A stretch of DNA of 64,000 nucleotides from Choristocarpus tenellus KU-1152 (taxonomy: Eukaryota; Protista; Phaeophyceae): assembly GCA_964200185.2 (NCBI GenBank), contig CAXNAD020000001.1, forward strand, positions 56,358-120,357, given 5' to 3'. The position numbers and the translations under genes were made by a program. The notes under the pieces were generated by a model. It was not told the DNA's origin. It did no database searches and worked only from the letters and a program-made list of their open reading frames with translations. This document shows, one piece after another, positions 10,103 through 22,342 of this stretch (positions are counted from its first letter, which is position 1; each line of letters begins with the position of its first letter).

Positions 10103-11398
10103 TTATTTATTCGTAAATGATTGTTTTAATTTTAAAATTTCAATATTAAATTTAATTTTTGCTCGATTTGTTTGACCACCACATAAAATGTGTTTAGGTG
10201 ATTTTAATACCCAAATTTCAGAAAAAGAAATATAACTAATTAAACTACTAATAATTAAACAAAAAAAACCAAAATAAATAAATTTAATTCCAGGATCTAA
10301 TTTAATTTGTATGCCAGTAGAAGAAATATAATCAATAAAACTTAATATTAAAGAATTATTAACAAAAAATTTTTCTCCTAAATTAATTGTTTTTAAAAAT
10401 TGACCTTTCTTATTATAAAGAATTAATTGTCCCCGATTATTTTTAACAACTGTAATAATACCTTTTTCATTTTTTAAATTAATTGGTACCCAACTGATCC
10501 AATTTTTTGGAGTAGAATTATTAATCTTTGATAAAGGAAGTTGAAAAGTACTAAATGAATTATTTGAATTATTTAAAATTAAACGAACACCTAATATTCC
10601 CCAATCAGTTTGATAAATTAAAATATCATTTAATAATAAAGGATTATTTACAGAAATCGTTTTTCGTTTTATTTCATAAGCATCACCATTTAAAATTGAA
10701 ATATCAGAATAAAATTGCTTAATTAAACCTGTTTTTGTATAAGTTGACCAAAAATCATTTATTCGAAAAGTTTTTTGTGGAATATAAGAAAAAATTCCAT
10801 TTTTTATAATATTTTGAGTATGAAATAATTCTGTTTTTGGAATTAATTCTTGTGAATTAAACCCATTTAAAGCACTAAATGTACTTCCAAGTAATATACA
10901 AATGATACTTAAATGAACAATAATTGGACCAATTCGACTAATTAATCCTTTATATGCATAAATAACATTATATTGTTGAAATAATGAATATTCTTTTAAT
11001 AAAAGATTATGATATAAATGATTTTCAAAGATTTTATTATTATTTATAATTTTAAATTTCAATTTATTAAATTGATTGGGTTGTTTATAAAAATAATATC
11101 GACGAGAAAATTTTAAAGTTGGCAATTGTTGAAAAAATGTACAACAAATTAAACATAACCCAAATAAAAACAGTAAACTTATAAACCACCAAGTATTATA
11201 GAGATTATTTAAACCAAAAAAATTAATTATTTTCCATAATTCTATATTAAAAAAAAAATTCGAATAATTATTTTGATAAAATTCGATATTTTTATTTTGT
11301 TCAATAATTGAACCAATACTACTTATTACTGCAATTAACAATAAAATAAGTATTGCTAATTTTAAATTAGCTAAATATTTAAAAAATTGTTTAATCAT
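10103..11398 (-). CDS. ccs1: Cytochrome c biogenesis protein Ccs1 (Ycf44)
   Basis: LANLKLAILILLLIAVISSIGSIIEQ, GPIIVHLS, QFYSD, YQTDW. Confidence 0.95.
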   Translation of the reverse strand: MIKQFFKYLANLKLAILILLLIAVISSIGSIIEQNKNIEFYQNNYSNFFFNIELWKIINFFGLNNLYNTWWFISLLFLFGLCLICCTFFQQLPTLKFSRRYYFYKQPNQFNKLKFKIINNNKIFENHLYHNLLLKEYSLFQQYNVIYAYKGLISRIGPIIVHLSIICILLGSTFSALNGFNSQELIPKTELFHTQNIIKNGIFSYIPQKTFRINDFWSTYTKTGLIKQFYSDISILNGDAYEIKRKTISVNNPLLLNDILIYQTDWGILGVRLILNNSNNSFSTFQLPLSKINNSTPKNWISWVPINLKNEKGIITVVKNNRGQLILYNKKGQFLKTINLGEKFFVNNSLILSFIDYISSTGIQIKLDPGIKFIYFGFFCLIISSLISYISFSEIWVLKSPKHILCGGQTNRAKIKFNIEILKLKQSFTNK

Positions 11399-11443
11399 AA
11401 AATTTTGTCATATATATATAATATAAATCTAAAATAAATTAAT

Positions 11444-11581
11444 TTATAAACTTAATTGTTTTCTTTTTTTTTTTCGTCTTTTATTAATAATTTTTTGACC
11501 TGATTTACTTTTCATTCTAATTCGAAACCCAGATACACCAATAGCTTTTTTATTTGTTCCTTCTAGAGTTCGTTTTGTCAT
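11444..11581 (-). CDS. rpl34: 50S ribosomal protein L34
   Basis: Hand translation MTKRTLEGTNKKAIGVSGFRIRMKSKSGQKIINKRRKKKRKQLSL. Confidence 0.93.
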   Translation of the reverse strand: MTKRTLEGTNKKAIGVSGFRIRMKSKSGQKIINKRRKKKRKQLSL

Positions 11582-11675
11582 ATAAATCCTTTTTTAATTT
11601 TTAATAATTACGTTTAAATGTAACTTAATTAATACTATAACATAAAATATTATTTCTATTAATAAAAAATTTTAG

Positions 11676-14309
11676 TTATATAATATTCGAAACAAAAATT
11701 TCAAAAATAATAGCATCTCTACAATCTTTTAAGGTAAGATTTAATAAATCAGTTGCACTTTCTTCATATTGAATAAATGGATCTTTTTGAGCATACGCTT
11801 CCCAACTAATAGCTTCTCGTAAAAAATTCATATTATCTAAATGTTTACACCAAAAAAGATCAATATATTTTAAAAATAAAAGTTGGCAATAACGATGGAT
11901 TAAACGACAATCATAAAAAGAAAATTCAAATTCTTTACGAATATAAGTATTCCATAATTGTTCATTTAAAAATTTTTTTAATATTGAAAGGTTATTTAAA
12001 TTTTTATAAATTATTTCAGTAGAAATTGATAAACGATTAAGTAATATAGAAATTTTTTTTGTTAAAAATATATTAGTTGTTTTTTGATTAATTGTTTGCA
12101 TTTCAATATAAAGAATAAAATCATCAATTAAACCTTCACCAAATTCCATTATTAAATCACGTAAAATAGTTGTATATAAAACTTTTTGTCTTAAATTATA
12201 AATAACTTTTCTTTGTTTATCTAAAATTTGATCATATTTATTTAATGTTTTACGTTGATCAAAATAAAATCCTTCGACTTTTTGCTGTGCTGAATCTAAA
12301 GCAGAAGATAAAAAACTAGAATTTATTGTTTCTGTATTTAATTGTAAATTTTGCATTAAATTTTGAATTTTTTCACCCCCAAAAATTCGAATCAAGGGAT
12401 CATTTAAACTTAAAAAAAAACAAGAAGTTCCAGGATTACCTTGTCGACCAGAACGTCCACGTAATTGATTATCAATTCTTCTTGATTCATGACGTTCAGT
12501 TCCAATTACATAAAGACCTCCCAATAATTTTATTTGTTCTGATTCAATTATTTGTTTTTGTTTATATTTTTGTAATAATTTTTTATAAAATAAAAAAATT
12601 AAATTTTCAAAAGAATTTAATTTTTTTTTTGATATTTGAATCATTGTTAAAAAAGTTGATAAATTCTTTTTTAATATTGGTAGTAATTTTGGATATTTTT
12701 TTAAATTATTTTTTATTTTTAATAATATAATTAATAAATTATTATCATAAATAATAATTTTTTTTTTAGTTAACAACTTTTGTAATATTAAAAAAGTTAA
12801 TTCTCGAACTTTAAATTCAAAATTGCCTCCTAATAAAATATCTGTACCCCGACCTGCCATATTTGTTGCAATAGTAATAGATTTTAAGCAACCAGCTTGG
12901 GCAATAATTTCTGATTCTTTTTTTATATTTTCAGGTTTAGCATTTAATAATTGATGTGGTATTTTATATGTAGTTAATAAATTTGATAAAATTTCCGAAT
13001 TTTGAATATTAGTAGTTCCAACTAATACAGGTCGACCAATTTCATACATTTTTAAACATTCTTGAACTATTGCTTTCCATTTAGTAATTTCATCGATAAA
13101 AATTAAATCTGATTTATCTTCCCGTTTCATTGTTTTATATGTTGGTAATATTGAAACTGATAAATTATAAATATTTTCAAATTCTAATTCTTCAGTTTTT
13201 GCTGTACCAGTCATTCCAGAAATTTTAGGATATAAACGAAAAAAATTTTGATAAGTAATTGAAGCTAACGTTTCAGTTCCTTTAAGAATTTGAATATTTT
13301 CTTTCGCTTCTATAGCTTGGTGTAACCCATCTCCCCATTTTCTATCTTCCATTACACGCCCAGTAAATTCATCTATAATAATAATTGTATTATTTCGTAT
13401 TATATAATGAACATCTATAAAAAAAAGATATTCAGCTTTTAAAGCATTTAAGATATAAGGAATCCAAGGATCTTGAATATCATAAATATTTTGAATATTT
13501 AATAGTATTTTAATTCGAGAAATTCCTTTATTTGTTAAACTAATTTTCTTAGTTTTTTCATCAATATCAAAATGTTTAATATTTTCTAAATATTTTATTA
13601 TTTCTTTAGCTTTAAAATATTTTTCAACAGTTAAATTAGATTCACGAGATATAATTAATGGTGTTCTAGCTTCATCAATTAATATTGAATCTACTTCATC
13701 AATAATACAAAAATTAAAAGGGTTTTGTACTAATTCATTTGTTTTTGTTACCATATTATCTCGCAAAAAATCAAAAACTAAATCTACATTAGTAACATAA
13801 GTTATATCTCTATAATAATTTTTTTTTCTTTGTTCTGGCTTAGTATTTGATTGAATTAAACCAACTTTAAACCCTAAAAATCGATGAATTTGACCCATCC
13901 ATTCGGAATCTCGTTTCGCTAAATAATCATTTATAGTTACAATATGAACTCCTTGTCCAGTTAAAGAATTAACTAAAGCAGGACTAGTTGCAACTAATGT
14001 TTTACCTTCTCCAGTTTTCATCTCAGCAATTTTACCTTCATGTAAAATTAATCCGCCTAATAATTGAACATTATAGTGTTTTAAACCTAAAGTTCTTTGA
14101 GATGCTTCTCTAGCTAAAGCAAATCCTTCAATAATTGTTTTTTGTGTTAATTGTTTAGATTTTTTTGTTATTAGTTTTAAATGTAATGCTTTTTCTTTTA
14201 ATTCAGTATTACTTAGTAATTTTAATTCTGTATCCAAATCATTAATAGAAATTAATGATGATTTATATTGGTTCCAAATATTTTTTTCATTTAAAAATAA
14301 TTTAATCAT
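11676..14309 (-). CDS. secA: Preprotein translocase SecA
   Basis: EMKTGEGKT, DEVDSILIDEARTPLII, ERHESRRIDNQLRGRSGRQG. Confidence 0.98.
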   Translation of the reverse strand: MIKLFLNEKNIWNQYKSSLISINDLDTELKLLSNTELKEKALHLKLITKKSKQLTQKTIIEGFALAREASQRTLGLKHYNVQLLGGLILHEGKIAEMKTGEGKTLVATSPALVNSLTGQGVHIVTINDYLAKRDSEWMGQIHRFLGFKVGLIQSNTKPEQRKKNYYRDITYVTNVDLVFDFLRDNMVTKTNELVQNPFNFCIIDEVDSILIDEARTPLIISRESNLTVEKYFKAKEIIKYLENIKHFDIDEKTKKISLTNKGISRIKILLNIQNIYDIQDPWIPYILNALKAEYLFFIDVHYIIRNNTIIIIDEFTGRVMEDRKWGDGLHQAIEAKENIQILKGTETLASITYQNFFRLYPKISGMTGTAKTEELEFENIYNLSVSILPTYKTMKREDKSDLIFIDEITKWKAIVQECLKMYEIGRPVLVGTTNIQNSEILSNLLTTYKIPHQLLNAKPENIKKESEIIAQAGCLKSITIATNMAGRGTDILLGGNFEFKVRELTFLILQKLLTKKKIIIYDNNLLIILLKIKNNLKKYPKLLPILKKNLSTFLTMIQISKKKLNSFENLIFLFYKKLLQKYKQKQIIESEQIKLLGGLYVIGTERHESRRIDNQLRGRSGRQGNPGTSCFFLSLNDPLIRIFGGEKIQNLMQNLQLNTETINSSFLSSALDSAQQKVEGFYFDQRKTLNKYDQILDKQRKVIYNLRQKVLYTTILRDLIMEFGEGLIDDFILYIEMQTINQKTTNIFLTKKISILLNRLSISTEIIYKNLNNLSILKKFLNEQLWNTYIRKEFEFSFYDCRLIHRYCQLLFLKYIDLFWCKHLDNMNFLREAISWEAYAQKDPFIQYEESATDLLNLTLKDCRDAIIFEIFVSNII

Positions 14310-14317
14310 TTAATTTT

Positions 14318-14698
14318 TTATTTTAATGGATTAGGTATTTCTTTTGTTGGAGAAAGGAATTGACCCATAAATACATTATTTATTCTTAATTTTAACCAAA
14401 CAATAAATAATTTATCTGTTGAAACTATTACAACTGGATTCTTAGGGATTTTAATTTGAGGATGTTGTTTTTTTATTATATTAATAAAATTTGGTTTTTC
14501 TAAAATCCAATGATTAAAACTTATTTTTGTTCGACGCGTATATTGAGACCTTTCTCGTAACATTTCCTCAATAGGTTCATGTTTTAATAAAAATTCTTCA
14601 CTTGCTAAAATATAAAAATATTTTATTGGTTTTATTTTTATTTTTTGTTGTATAATTTCTTTATTTTTAAAAGAAATATTATTTTTTTGATTTATCAT
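14318..14698 (-). CDS. ycf54: Ycf54, auxiliary factor of the Mg-protoporphyrin monomethyl ester cyclase
   Basis: YFYILASEEFLLKHEPIEEMLRER and VSTDKLFIVWLKLR motifs. Confidence 0.85.
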   Translation of the reverse strand: MINQKNNISFKNKEIIQQKIKIKPIKYFYILASEEFLLKHEPIEEMLRERSQYTRRTKISFNHWILEKPNFINIIKKQHPQIKIPKNPVVIVSTDKLFIVWLKLRINNVFMGQFLSPTKEIPNPLK

Positions 14699-14828
14699 AT
14701 TTAATAATTTTTATATTATATTTATATATATTTACATTTATTTAAAATTAAAAAATTAAATTAAATTTCATTTTATTGAGATTTTATTATTAATTTTTTA
14801 ATTTTAAATAAATTATACTAATTTAAAT

Positions 14829-14957
14829 TTAAAAAGAAGGAAATGTTAAAGCATCAGGATAAAATCGATTAGCTTCAATAATAAAACCAGCCGTAAATGT
14901 TAACCATAATGTAAATAAAACTGGAGCCGTAGATAAGTATTTCAATAAATTTTTCAT
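14829..14957 (-). CDS. psaJ: Photosystem I subunit IX
   Basis: Hand translation [42 protein letters not shown]. Confidence 0.96.
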   Translation of the reverse strand: MKNLLKYLSTAPVLFTLWLTFTAGFIIEANRFYPDALTFPSF

Positions 14958-14991
14958 AATTTAAAATATAAGTTTTAAGTTAAATAAATAA

Positions 14992-15549
14992 TTAACGAGG
15001 TGAAACAGTAATATTTGAATCTGACATTAAAAAATCCCCATTACTAAGTTCTTGTATTGCAGAAAAAGGCCAAACAAATCCAGATGCCATTAATTTTACA
15101 GCTAATGGTACGTCAATAATAATTTCTTTTTCTGTTGGATTTGCTGTTTCTTTAATAATACGAATATATTTTCTACCAACCCAACCAATCCAACCACTTA
15201 TATAAATAAATAATACTCCTGGAATTACAAATTCAGTAGCATGATTTAATCGTCCATCAGTAATTAAATGAGGTAAACCTTCTTTACCACAAAGTAAACC
15301 TGATTCAGAATAACGTGTAAATCTATCATTTGTTCTTTTTATTTGTTGTTCAAGCATTAAAGCTGAAGGAGAATTTGGTTCATATTTTTTAAGTCGAGTT
15401 TCTAATTTTCGAACACTTGTTTCTAATCTTTTTTTAAACATAGTTGATTCACTACATTTTGTTAACCCAGCAACTTCAGCCAATGTATTTAATGGTTGAC
15501 TTATAACAACTAATAAAATTATTATTAATGTTTTTTTCAATTGAGACAT
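14992..15549 (-). CDS. psaF: Photosystem I subunit III
   Basis: [35 protein letters not shown]. Confidence 0.97.
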   Translation of the reverse strand: MSQLKKTLIIILLVVISQPLNTLAEVAGLTKCSESTMFKKRLETSVRKLETRLKKYEPNSPSALMLEQQIKRTNDRFTRYSESGLLCGKEGLPHLITDGRLNHATEFVIPGVLFIYISGWIGWVGRKYIRIIKETANPTEKEIIIDVPLAVKLMASGFVWPFSAIQELSNGDFLMSDSNITVSPR

Positions 15550-15846
15550 TTTTATACTTTAAATTTAAAATATTATTTTAGTTAGGAAAAAATAAAATTT
15601 TTAAACATAAATAAATTTTATTTAGATTTAAAAATATACTATAATAATTAGTATAACTTAAAAAATTTTTAATTGTATTAATTATTATATAATAATAATT
15701 ATATAAAAAAATTCTTATTCTATTATTTTTAAATTAAATAATATTATATATATATCGATATTTATTGTAAATATCGATATATATATAATATTACAATATA
15801 TCACCGAAATATTTTATTAAAAATTTTTAATAAAATATTCTTTTAA

Positions 15847-16128
<282 letters not shown>

Positions 16129-16182
16129 AGTAATTAAATCTTAGCAACCTTTATAATATATATATTATATATATTAATATAA

Positions 16183-16254
16183 GGGTTGCTAACTCAACGG
16201 TAGAGTAATCGGCTTTTAACCGAAAAGTTCTGGGTTCAAATCCCAGGTAACCTA
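16183..16254 (+). tRNA. trnK-UUU: tRNA-Lys(UUU)
   Basis: GGGTTGCTAACTCAACGG...TCGG-CTTTTAA-CCGA. Confidence 0.94.
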
Positions 16255-16262
16255 AAAAAAAT

Positions 16263-16335
16263 GCCCTTATCGTCTAGAGGACTAGGACACCTCCTTTTCA
16301 CGGAGGGAACAGGGATTCGAATTCCCTTAGGGGTA
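16263..16335 (+). tRNA. trnE-UUC: tRNA-Glu(UUC)
   Basis: CCTCC-TTTTCAC-GGAGG; A53-U61 pair typical of plastid tRNA-Glu. Confidence 0.94.
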
Positions 16336-16537
16336 ATAATATTAATAATTACTACTTTTTTTATATAATTTGGAAAATATAATATATATTTAATTTTATT
16401 TTAAAGTTTCATATTATTATATATATATATATAATATAATATTGAAAACTCATTTTCGAATAATTTATTTAAAAATTTTTTTATTCATTATATTTGAGCG
16501 TTTCCTATCTTTTATATCTTCAAAGAGGAAAAGGTAA

Positions 16538-18787
16538 ATGAGTTCAACTGAACAAACAACACGAATTAAAGTTTTAATTGATCGTGATGTTGTTGATACT
16601 AGTTTTGAAAAATGGGCAAAACCTGGTCATTTTTCTCGTACACTAGCAAAAGGTCCTAAAACAACAACTTGGATTTGGAATTTGCATGCTGACGCGCATG
16701 ATTTTGATAGTCAAACAAATTCATTAGAAGAAATTTCTCGAAAAATTTTTAGTGCACATTTTGGACAATTAGCTATTATATTTTTATGGATTAGTGGTAT
16801 GCATTTTCATGGTGCATATTTTTCTAATTATTTAGCTTGGTTAAATAATCCTATAAATGTAAAACCTAGTGCACAAATTGTATGGCCAATTGTTGGTCAA
16901 GAAATTTTGAACGCTGATGTTGGTGGAAATTTTCAAGGAATTCAAATTACTTCAGGATTTTTTCAATTATGGAGAGCTGAAGGTATTACAAGTGAAATTG
17001 AATTATATTGGACTGCTATTGGCGCATTAATTATGTCTGGTTTAATGTTATTTGGTGGTTGGTTTCATTATCATAAAGCTGCTCCAAAACTAGAATGGTT
17101 TCAAAATGCTGAATCAATGTTAAATCATCATTTAACAGGTTTATTAGGATTAGGATGTCTTTCTTGGTCTGGACATCAAATTCATATAGCATTACCTATC
17201 AATAAATTATTAGATGCTGGAGTTGCTGCACAAGAAATTCCATTACCTCATGAATTTTTAATTAATCGTGAATTAGTCGCACAATTATTTCCAAGTTTTA
17301 ATAAGGGATTAGTTCCATTTTTTTCTTTTAATTGGAATGAATATTCTGATTTTCTAACTTTTAAAGGTGGTTTAAATCCAATAACAGGTGGCCTTTGGTT
17401 AAGTGATATTGCTCATCATCATTTAGCTCTTGCAGTAGTTTTTCTTATTGCTGGGCATATGTATCGTACTAATTGGGGTATTGGTCATAGTATGAAAGAT
17501 ATCTTAGAAGCACATAAAGGTCCTTTTACAGGTTCGGGTCATGAGGGATTATATGAAATTTTAACAACATCATGGCATGCACAATTAGCAATTAATTTAG
17601 CAATGTTAGGTTCTTTAAGTATTATTGTGGCACATCATATGTATGCTATGCCACCGTATCCATTTATTGCTACAGATTATGCTACACAACTTTCATTATT
17701 CACTCATCATATGTGGATAGGAGGATTTTGTATTGTAGGTGGAGCTGCTCACGGCGCTATTTTTATGGTACGAGATTATAATCCAGTTAAAAATTATAAT
17801 AATTTATTAGATAGAGTAATACGACATAGAGATGCTATTATTTCTCATTTAAATTGGGTATGTATTTTTTTAGGTTTTCATAGTTTTGGATTATATGTTC
17901 ATAATGATACTATGAGAGCTTTAGGTCGTTCTCAAGATATGTTTTCTAATACTGGGATACCTTTACAACCTATTTTTGCTCAATGGATTCAAAATTTACA
18001 TTTAATAGCTCCAAATAATACAGCACCAAATGCTTTAACAATAGCAAGTTATATTTTTGGAGGAGACGTAGTTGCCATTGGTTCAAAAATAGCAATTATG
18101 CCAATGAAATTAAGTACAGCAGATTTTATGGTACATCATATTCATGCTTTTACAATTCATGTAACAGTTTTAATTTTATTAAAAGGTGTATTATATGCTC
18201 GTAGTTCAAAATTAATACCAGATAAAGCTAATTTAGGGTTTCGTTTTCCTTGTGATGGACCTGGTCGAGGTGGTACTTGTCAAGTTTCCGGTTGGGATCA
18301 TGTATTTTTAGGTTTATTTTGGATGTATAACTCAATTTCAGTAGTAATATTTCATTTTAGTTGGAAAATGCAATCGGATATTTGGGGATCAGTAACTCCT
18401 AATGGAGCTGTTTCACATATTACAGGTGGTAATTTTACTCAAAGTGCAATTACTATTAATGGTTGGTTACGTGATTTTTTATGGTCACAAGCATCACAAG
18501 TAATTCAATCTTATGGTTCAGCGTTATCAGCATATGGCCTTATTTTCTTAGGTGCACATTTTATTTGGGCATTTAGTTTAATGTTTTTATTTAGTGGTCG
18601 TGGATATTGGCAAGAACTTATTGAATCAATTATTTGGGCTCATAATAAAATTAAGGTTGCTCCAGCTATTCAACCTCGAGCCTTAAGTATTACACAAGGT
18701 CGTGCAGTAGGATTAGCTCATTATTTATTAGGTGGTATAGGAACAACTTGGGCCTTCTTTTTAGCACGAATCATTTCTGTAGGATAA
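16538..18787 (+). CDS. psaA: Photosystem I P700 apoprotein A1
   Basis: [24 protein letters not shown]. Confidence 0.99.
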   Translation: MSSTEQTTRIKVLIDRDVVDTSFEKWAKPGHFSRTLAKGPKTTTWIWNLHADAHDFDSQTNSLEEISRKIFSAHFGQLAIIFLWISGMHFHGAYFSNYLAWLNNPINVKPSAQIVWPIVGQEILNADVGGNFQGIQITSGFFQLWRAEGITSEIELYWTAIGALIMSGLMLFGGWFHYHKAAPKLEWFQNAESMLNHHLTGLLGLGCLSWSGHQIHIALPINKLLDAGVAAQEIPLPHEFLINRELVAQLFPSFNKGLVPFFSFNWNEYSDFLTFKGGLNPITGGLWLSDIAHHHLALAVVFLIAGHMYRTNWGIGHSMKDILEAHKGPFTGSGHEGLYEILTTSWHAQLAINLAMLGSLSIIVAHHMYAMPPYPFIATDYATQLSLFTHHMWIGGFCIVGGAAHGAIFMVRDYNPVKNYNNLLDRVIRHRDAIISHLNWVCIFLGFHSFGLYVHNDTMRALGRSQDMFSNTGIPLQPIFAQWIQNLHLIAPNNTAPNALTIASYIFGGDVVAIGSKIAIMPMKLSTADFMVHHIHAFTIHVTVLILLKGVLYARSSKLIPDKANLGFRFPCDGPGRGGTCQVSGWDHVFLGLFWMYNSISVVIFHFSWKMQSDIWGSVTPNGAVSHITGGNFTQSAITINGWLRDFLWSQASQVIQSYGSALSAYGLIFLGAHFIWAFSLMFLFSGRGYWQELIESIIWAHNKIKVAPAIQPRALSITQGRAVGLAHYLLGGIGTTWAFFLARIISVG

Positions 18788-18817
18788 TTCTGATATTAAT
18801 AAAAAGGTAAAATATTT

Positions 18818-21022
18818 ATGGCAACTAAATTTCCTAAATTTAGCCAAGCTTTAGCACAAGATCCAACTACCAGAAGAATTTGGTTTGGCATAGCTACAGC
18901 TCATGATTTCGAAACACATGATGGAATGACAGAAGAAAATTTATATCAAAAAATTTTTGCTTCACATTTTGGTCATTTAGCAATTATTTTTCTTTGGACT
19001 TCTGGGAATTTATTTCACGTAGCTTGGCAAGGAAATTTTGAACAATGGATTTTAAATCCATTAAAAGTAAAACCTATTGCCCATACGATTTGGGATCCTC
19101 ATTTTGGTGAACTTGCAATGAAAGCATTTACTAAGGGCGGAGCTTTTTATCCAATAAATATTGCATATTCTGGTATTTATCATTGGTGGTATACAATTGG
19201 GATGCGAACAAATAATGATTTATATATAGGATCGATTTTTTTAATATTTTTATCAAGTTTACTTTTATTTGCAGGATGGTTACATTTACAACCAAAATTT
19301 TCTCCAAGTTTATCATGGTTTAAAAATAATGAATCACGTTTAAATCATCATTTAACAGGATTATTTGGAGTTAGTTCTTTGGCTTGGACAGGTCATTTAG
19401 TTCATGTAGCGATTCCAGAATCAAGAGGTATTCATATTGGATGGAATAATTTTTTAACTACAGTCCCTCATCCTGAAGGTCTTGTTCCATTTTTTAATGG
19501 TAATTGGAATGCTTATGCACAAAACCCAGATACTTCGGAACATATTTTTGGAACAACGACAGGAGCAGGTACAGCGATCCTAACGTTTTTAGGAGGTTTT
19601 CACCCGCAATCTCAATCTTTATGGTTAACAGATATTGCTCACCACCATTTAGCAATTGCTGTAGTTTTTTTAATTGCTGGACATATGTATCGAACAAATT
19701 TTGGTATTGGACATAATATGAAAGAGATTCTAGATGCACATCGTCCACCAGGTGGAAGATTAGGTGTAGGACACCGAGGTCTTTTTAATACTATTACAGA
19801 TTCATTACATATGCAATTAGGATTAGCATTAGCAGCATTAGGAGTAATTACTTCATTAGTAGCTCAACATATTTATGCGTTATCTCCTTATGCTTTTATG
19901 GCAAAAGACTATACAACCCAAGCTGCGTTATATACTCATCATCAATATATTGCTGGGTTTTTAATGGTTGGAGCCTTTGCACATGGAGCAATATTTTTTG
20001 TAAGAGATTATGAACCAGAAAATAATAAAGATAATGTGTTAGCGCGTATGTTAGAACATAAAGAAGCAATTATTTCTCATTTAAGTTGGGTAAGTTTATT
20101 TTTAGGGTTCCATACTTTAGGATTATATATTCATAATGATACTGTTGTGGCTTTTGGTCAACCTGAAAAACAAATACTAGTTGAGCCAGTTTTTGCTCAA
20201 TTTATTCAAGCTGCATCAGGAAAAGCTTTATATGGTTTTGATATTTTATTATCATCAAAAGAAAGTCCCGCTAGTATAGCAGGAAGTGAGATTTGGTTAC
20301 CAAGTTGGATAGAAGCGATTAATACTGATAAAAATGATTTATTTCTTACTATTGGACCTGGTGATTTTTTAATTCATCATGCTATTGCATTAGGATTACA
20401 TGTAACTACTTTAATTTTAGTAAAAGGAGCACTAGATGCTCGAGGTTCAAAATTAATGCCAGATAAAAAAGATTTTGGGTATAGTTTTCCTTGTGATGGA
20501 CCTGGTCGTGGTGGCACATGTGATATATCTGCTTGGGATGCGTTTTATTTATCTATGTTCTGGATGTTAAATACTATAGGTTGGGTTACTTTTTATTGGC
20601 ATTGGAAACATGTGACAATTTGGCAAGGAAATGTTGGACAATTTAATGAATCTTCGAATTATATTATGGGATGGTTACGTGATTATTTATGGTTAAATTC
20701 ATCTCCATTAATTAATGGTTATAATCCTTATGGTATGAATAGCTTATCTGTTTGGGCATGGATGTTTTTATTTGGACATTTAATTTGGGCAACAGGTTTT
20801 ATGTTTTTAATTTCATGGCGTGGATATTGGCAAGAACTTATTGAAACATTAGTTTGGGCACATGAACGTACACCTTTAGCAAATTTAGTACGTTGGCGTG
20901 ATAAACCTGTAGCTTTATCGATTGTTCAAGCAAGATTAGTAGGTTTAATTCATTTTACTGTTGGTTATATTTTAACTTATGCAGCATTTGTTATTGCTTC
21001 AACTGCTGGTAAATTTGGTTAA
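18818..21022 (+). CDS. psaB: Photosystem I P700 apoprotein A2
   Basis: [35 protein letters not shown]. Confidence 0.99.
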   Translation: MATKFPKFSQALAQDPTTRRIWFGIATAHDFETHDGMTEENLYQKIFASHFGHLAIIFLWTSGNLFHVAWQGNFEQWILNPLKVKPIAHTIWDPHFGELAMKAFTKGGAFYPINIAYSGIYHWWYTIGMRTNNDLYIGSIFLIFLSSLLLFAGWLHLQPKFSPSLSWFKNNESRLNHHLTGLFGVSSLAWTGHLVHVAIPESRGIHIGWNNFLTTVPHPEGLVPFFNGNWNAYAQNPDTSEHIFGTTTGAGTAILTFLGGFHPQSQSLWLTDIAHHHLAIAVVFLIAGHMYRTNFGIGHNMKEILDAHRPPGGRLGVGHRGLFNTITDSLHMQLGLALAALGVITSLVAQHIYALSPYAFMAKDYTTQAALYTHHQYIAGFLMVGAFAHGAIFFVRDYEPENNKDNVLARMLEHKEAIISHLSWVSLFLGFHTLGLYIHNDTVVAFGQPEKQILVEPVFAQFIQAASGKALYGFDILLSSKESPASIAGSEIWLPSWIEAINTDKNDLFLTIGPGDFLIHHAIALGLHVTTLILVKGALDARGSKLMPDKKDFGYSFPCDGPGRGGTCDISAWDAFYLSMFWMLNTIGWVTFYWHWKHVTIWQGNVGQFNESSNYIMGWLRDYLWLNSSPLINGYNPYGMNSLSVWAWMFLFGHLIWATGFMFLISWRGYWQELIETLVWAHERTPLANLVRWRDKPVALSIVQARLVGLIHFTVGYILTYAAFVIASTAGKFG

Positions 21023-21150
21023 TATATTTTATATTATCAAATCAATATAAATATATATCTATTAAAAAATAGATATATATTTTTTATTATTTTTATTAAA
21101 TAGAAATTAAATAAAAATATTATATTAAAAATTTAATTAGGAAAATTTAT

Positions 21151-21453
21151 ATGGCTAAACAATCAATGATTGAAAGGGAAAAGAAAAGAAAAAATTTAAT
21201 TATTAAATATGCTACAAAACGCAAAATTTATTTATTAAATTTTAAAAAAGCAAAAAATTTTACTGAACAAATGGAATTACATAGAAAAATAGAAAAATTA
21301 CCTCGAAATAGTGCAAAAATCCGATTACGTAATAGATGTTGGAGGACAGGTCGTAGTAGAGGTTTTTATCGAGATTTTGGATTATGTAGACATATGATTC
21401 GAGAAATGACACATGATTGTTTATTACCAGGTATGCGTAAAGCTAGTTGGTAA
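21151..21453 (+). CDS. rps14: 30S ribosomal protein S14
   Basis: [12 protein letters not shown]...LPGMRKASW. Confidence 0.97.
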   Translation: MAKQSMIEREKKRKNLIIKYATKRKIYLLNFKKAKNFTEQMELHRKIEKLPRNSAKIRLRNRCWRTGRSRGFYRDFGLCRHMIREMTHDCLLPGMRKASW

Positions 21454-21488
21454 TTAATTTATTTTAAACTCTATTTAAATTTTAAATT

Positions 21489-21605
21489 TTATATAATAAT
21501 GTCTTTATTTCCACGACGATATTGAAAAAACGCAGCAGCAAATAAACCAATTAATGTTACAGGAATAAGACCAAGTACCATACCAAAAAGAATAGGTTCA
21601 ATCAT
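21489..21605 (-). CDS. petG: Cytochrome b6f subunit V
   Basis: Hand translation [38 protein letters not shown]. Confidence 0.96.
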   Translation of the reverse strand: MIEPILFGMVLGLIPVTLIGLFAAAFFQYRRGNKDIII

Positions 21606-21630
21606 ATTTTTTTATTAATTTAATATAATA

Positions 21631-21765
21631 TTATCGAAAACTTATAGAAGCTTGCCATACAAAAGCAAGTAATAAGAAAAAAATAGGGACAATTGGTAAA
21701 ACATCAATAATCGGACTAAAAAGCGCATAAGCTGCAGGTAATTTTGTTAATAATATTATTCCCAT
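21631..21765 (-). CDS. psbK: Photosystem II protein K
   Basis: Hand translation [44 protein letters not shown]. Confidence 0.96.
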   Translation of the reverse strand: MGIILLTKLPAAYALFSPIIDVLPIVPIFFLLLAFVWQASISFR

Positions 21766-21976
21766 TTTAATTTAGTATTTTATTAATAATAAATAGAGTT
21801 ATCTATATTATATTATACCATATTATAACCTGTAATAGTATTTTTTAAAACGAAAACATAGAAATTTCAATTTTAAAAAGAAAAAGGTTTTAAAAATATA
21901 TTTTATAGTATTCTTAAAAATATTACCTAATTTATTATTTTATTTTATAAATTATTAAAAAATTAAAAAAAAAATT

Positions 21977-22165
21977 ATGATATTAACTGTACAAGTTTTA
22001 ACTAGCTTATTTGTTTTATTTTCATTAAGTTTAGTTGTTGCAGTGCCAGTATCATTAGCTATTCCTGGCCGATGGGAAGTAGATAAATCAAATTTTTATA
22101 AATCAACAACTTTATGGATAACTTTAGTTTTTTTAATTGCGTTTTCTAATTATTTCATAAAATAA
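21977..22165 (+). CDS. psbZ: Photosystem II protein Z
   Basis: 62 aa, two TM helices, LVVAVPVSLAIPGRWE. Confidence 0.92.
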   Translation: MILTVQVLTSLFVLFSLSLVVAVPVSLAIPGRWEVDKSNFYKSTTLWITLVFLIAFSNYFIK

Positions 22166-22239
22166 TTAAAAATCTTAATATAAATAAATAAAAATATATA
22201 TCTATCTATATAATTAAATATATATATATATATTATATA

Positions 22240-22311
22240 GCGAGTGTAACTTAGTGGTAGAGTGTAACCTTGCCAAGGTTGATGTCGCGCGTTCGAGTCG
22301 CGTCACTCGCT
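22240..22311 (+). tRNA. trnG-GCC: tRNA-Gly(GCC)
   Basis: AACC-TTGCCAA-GGTT anticodon arm. Confidence 0.94.
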
Positions 22312-22342
22312 AAAATAAATTATTAAATATAATAGTAATAAA

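Noticed and set aside
12326-12730. Short antisense or alternate-frame ORFs within secA (coordinates given), and likewise within psaB, thiG, dnaK, clpC, atpB, acsF, rbcL, psbE and psaL
   Set aside because: Each lies within a well-supported gene and has no recognisable motifs.
12540-12820. K/L/I-rich insert in SecA
   Set aside because: It occupies the known variable (VAR) subdomain of cyanobacterial/plastid SecA, and total length is normal.
15700-15845. (AT)n runs and short AT hairpins in many spacers
   Set aside because: Expected at this AT content and individually uninformative.
18240-20850. Near-identical DNA stretches shared by psaA and psaB ([19 protein letters not shown])
   Set aside because: Ordinary conservation between ancient paralogues.
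22312-22342. TPP riboswitch before thiG
   Set aside because: Only 31 AT-rich nt separate trnG from thiG, with no CUGAGA motif.
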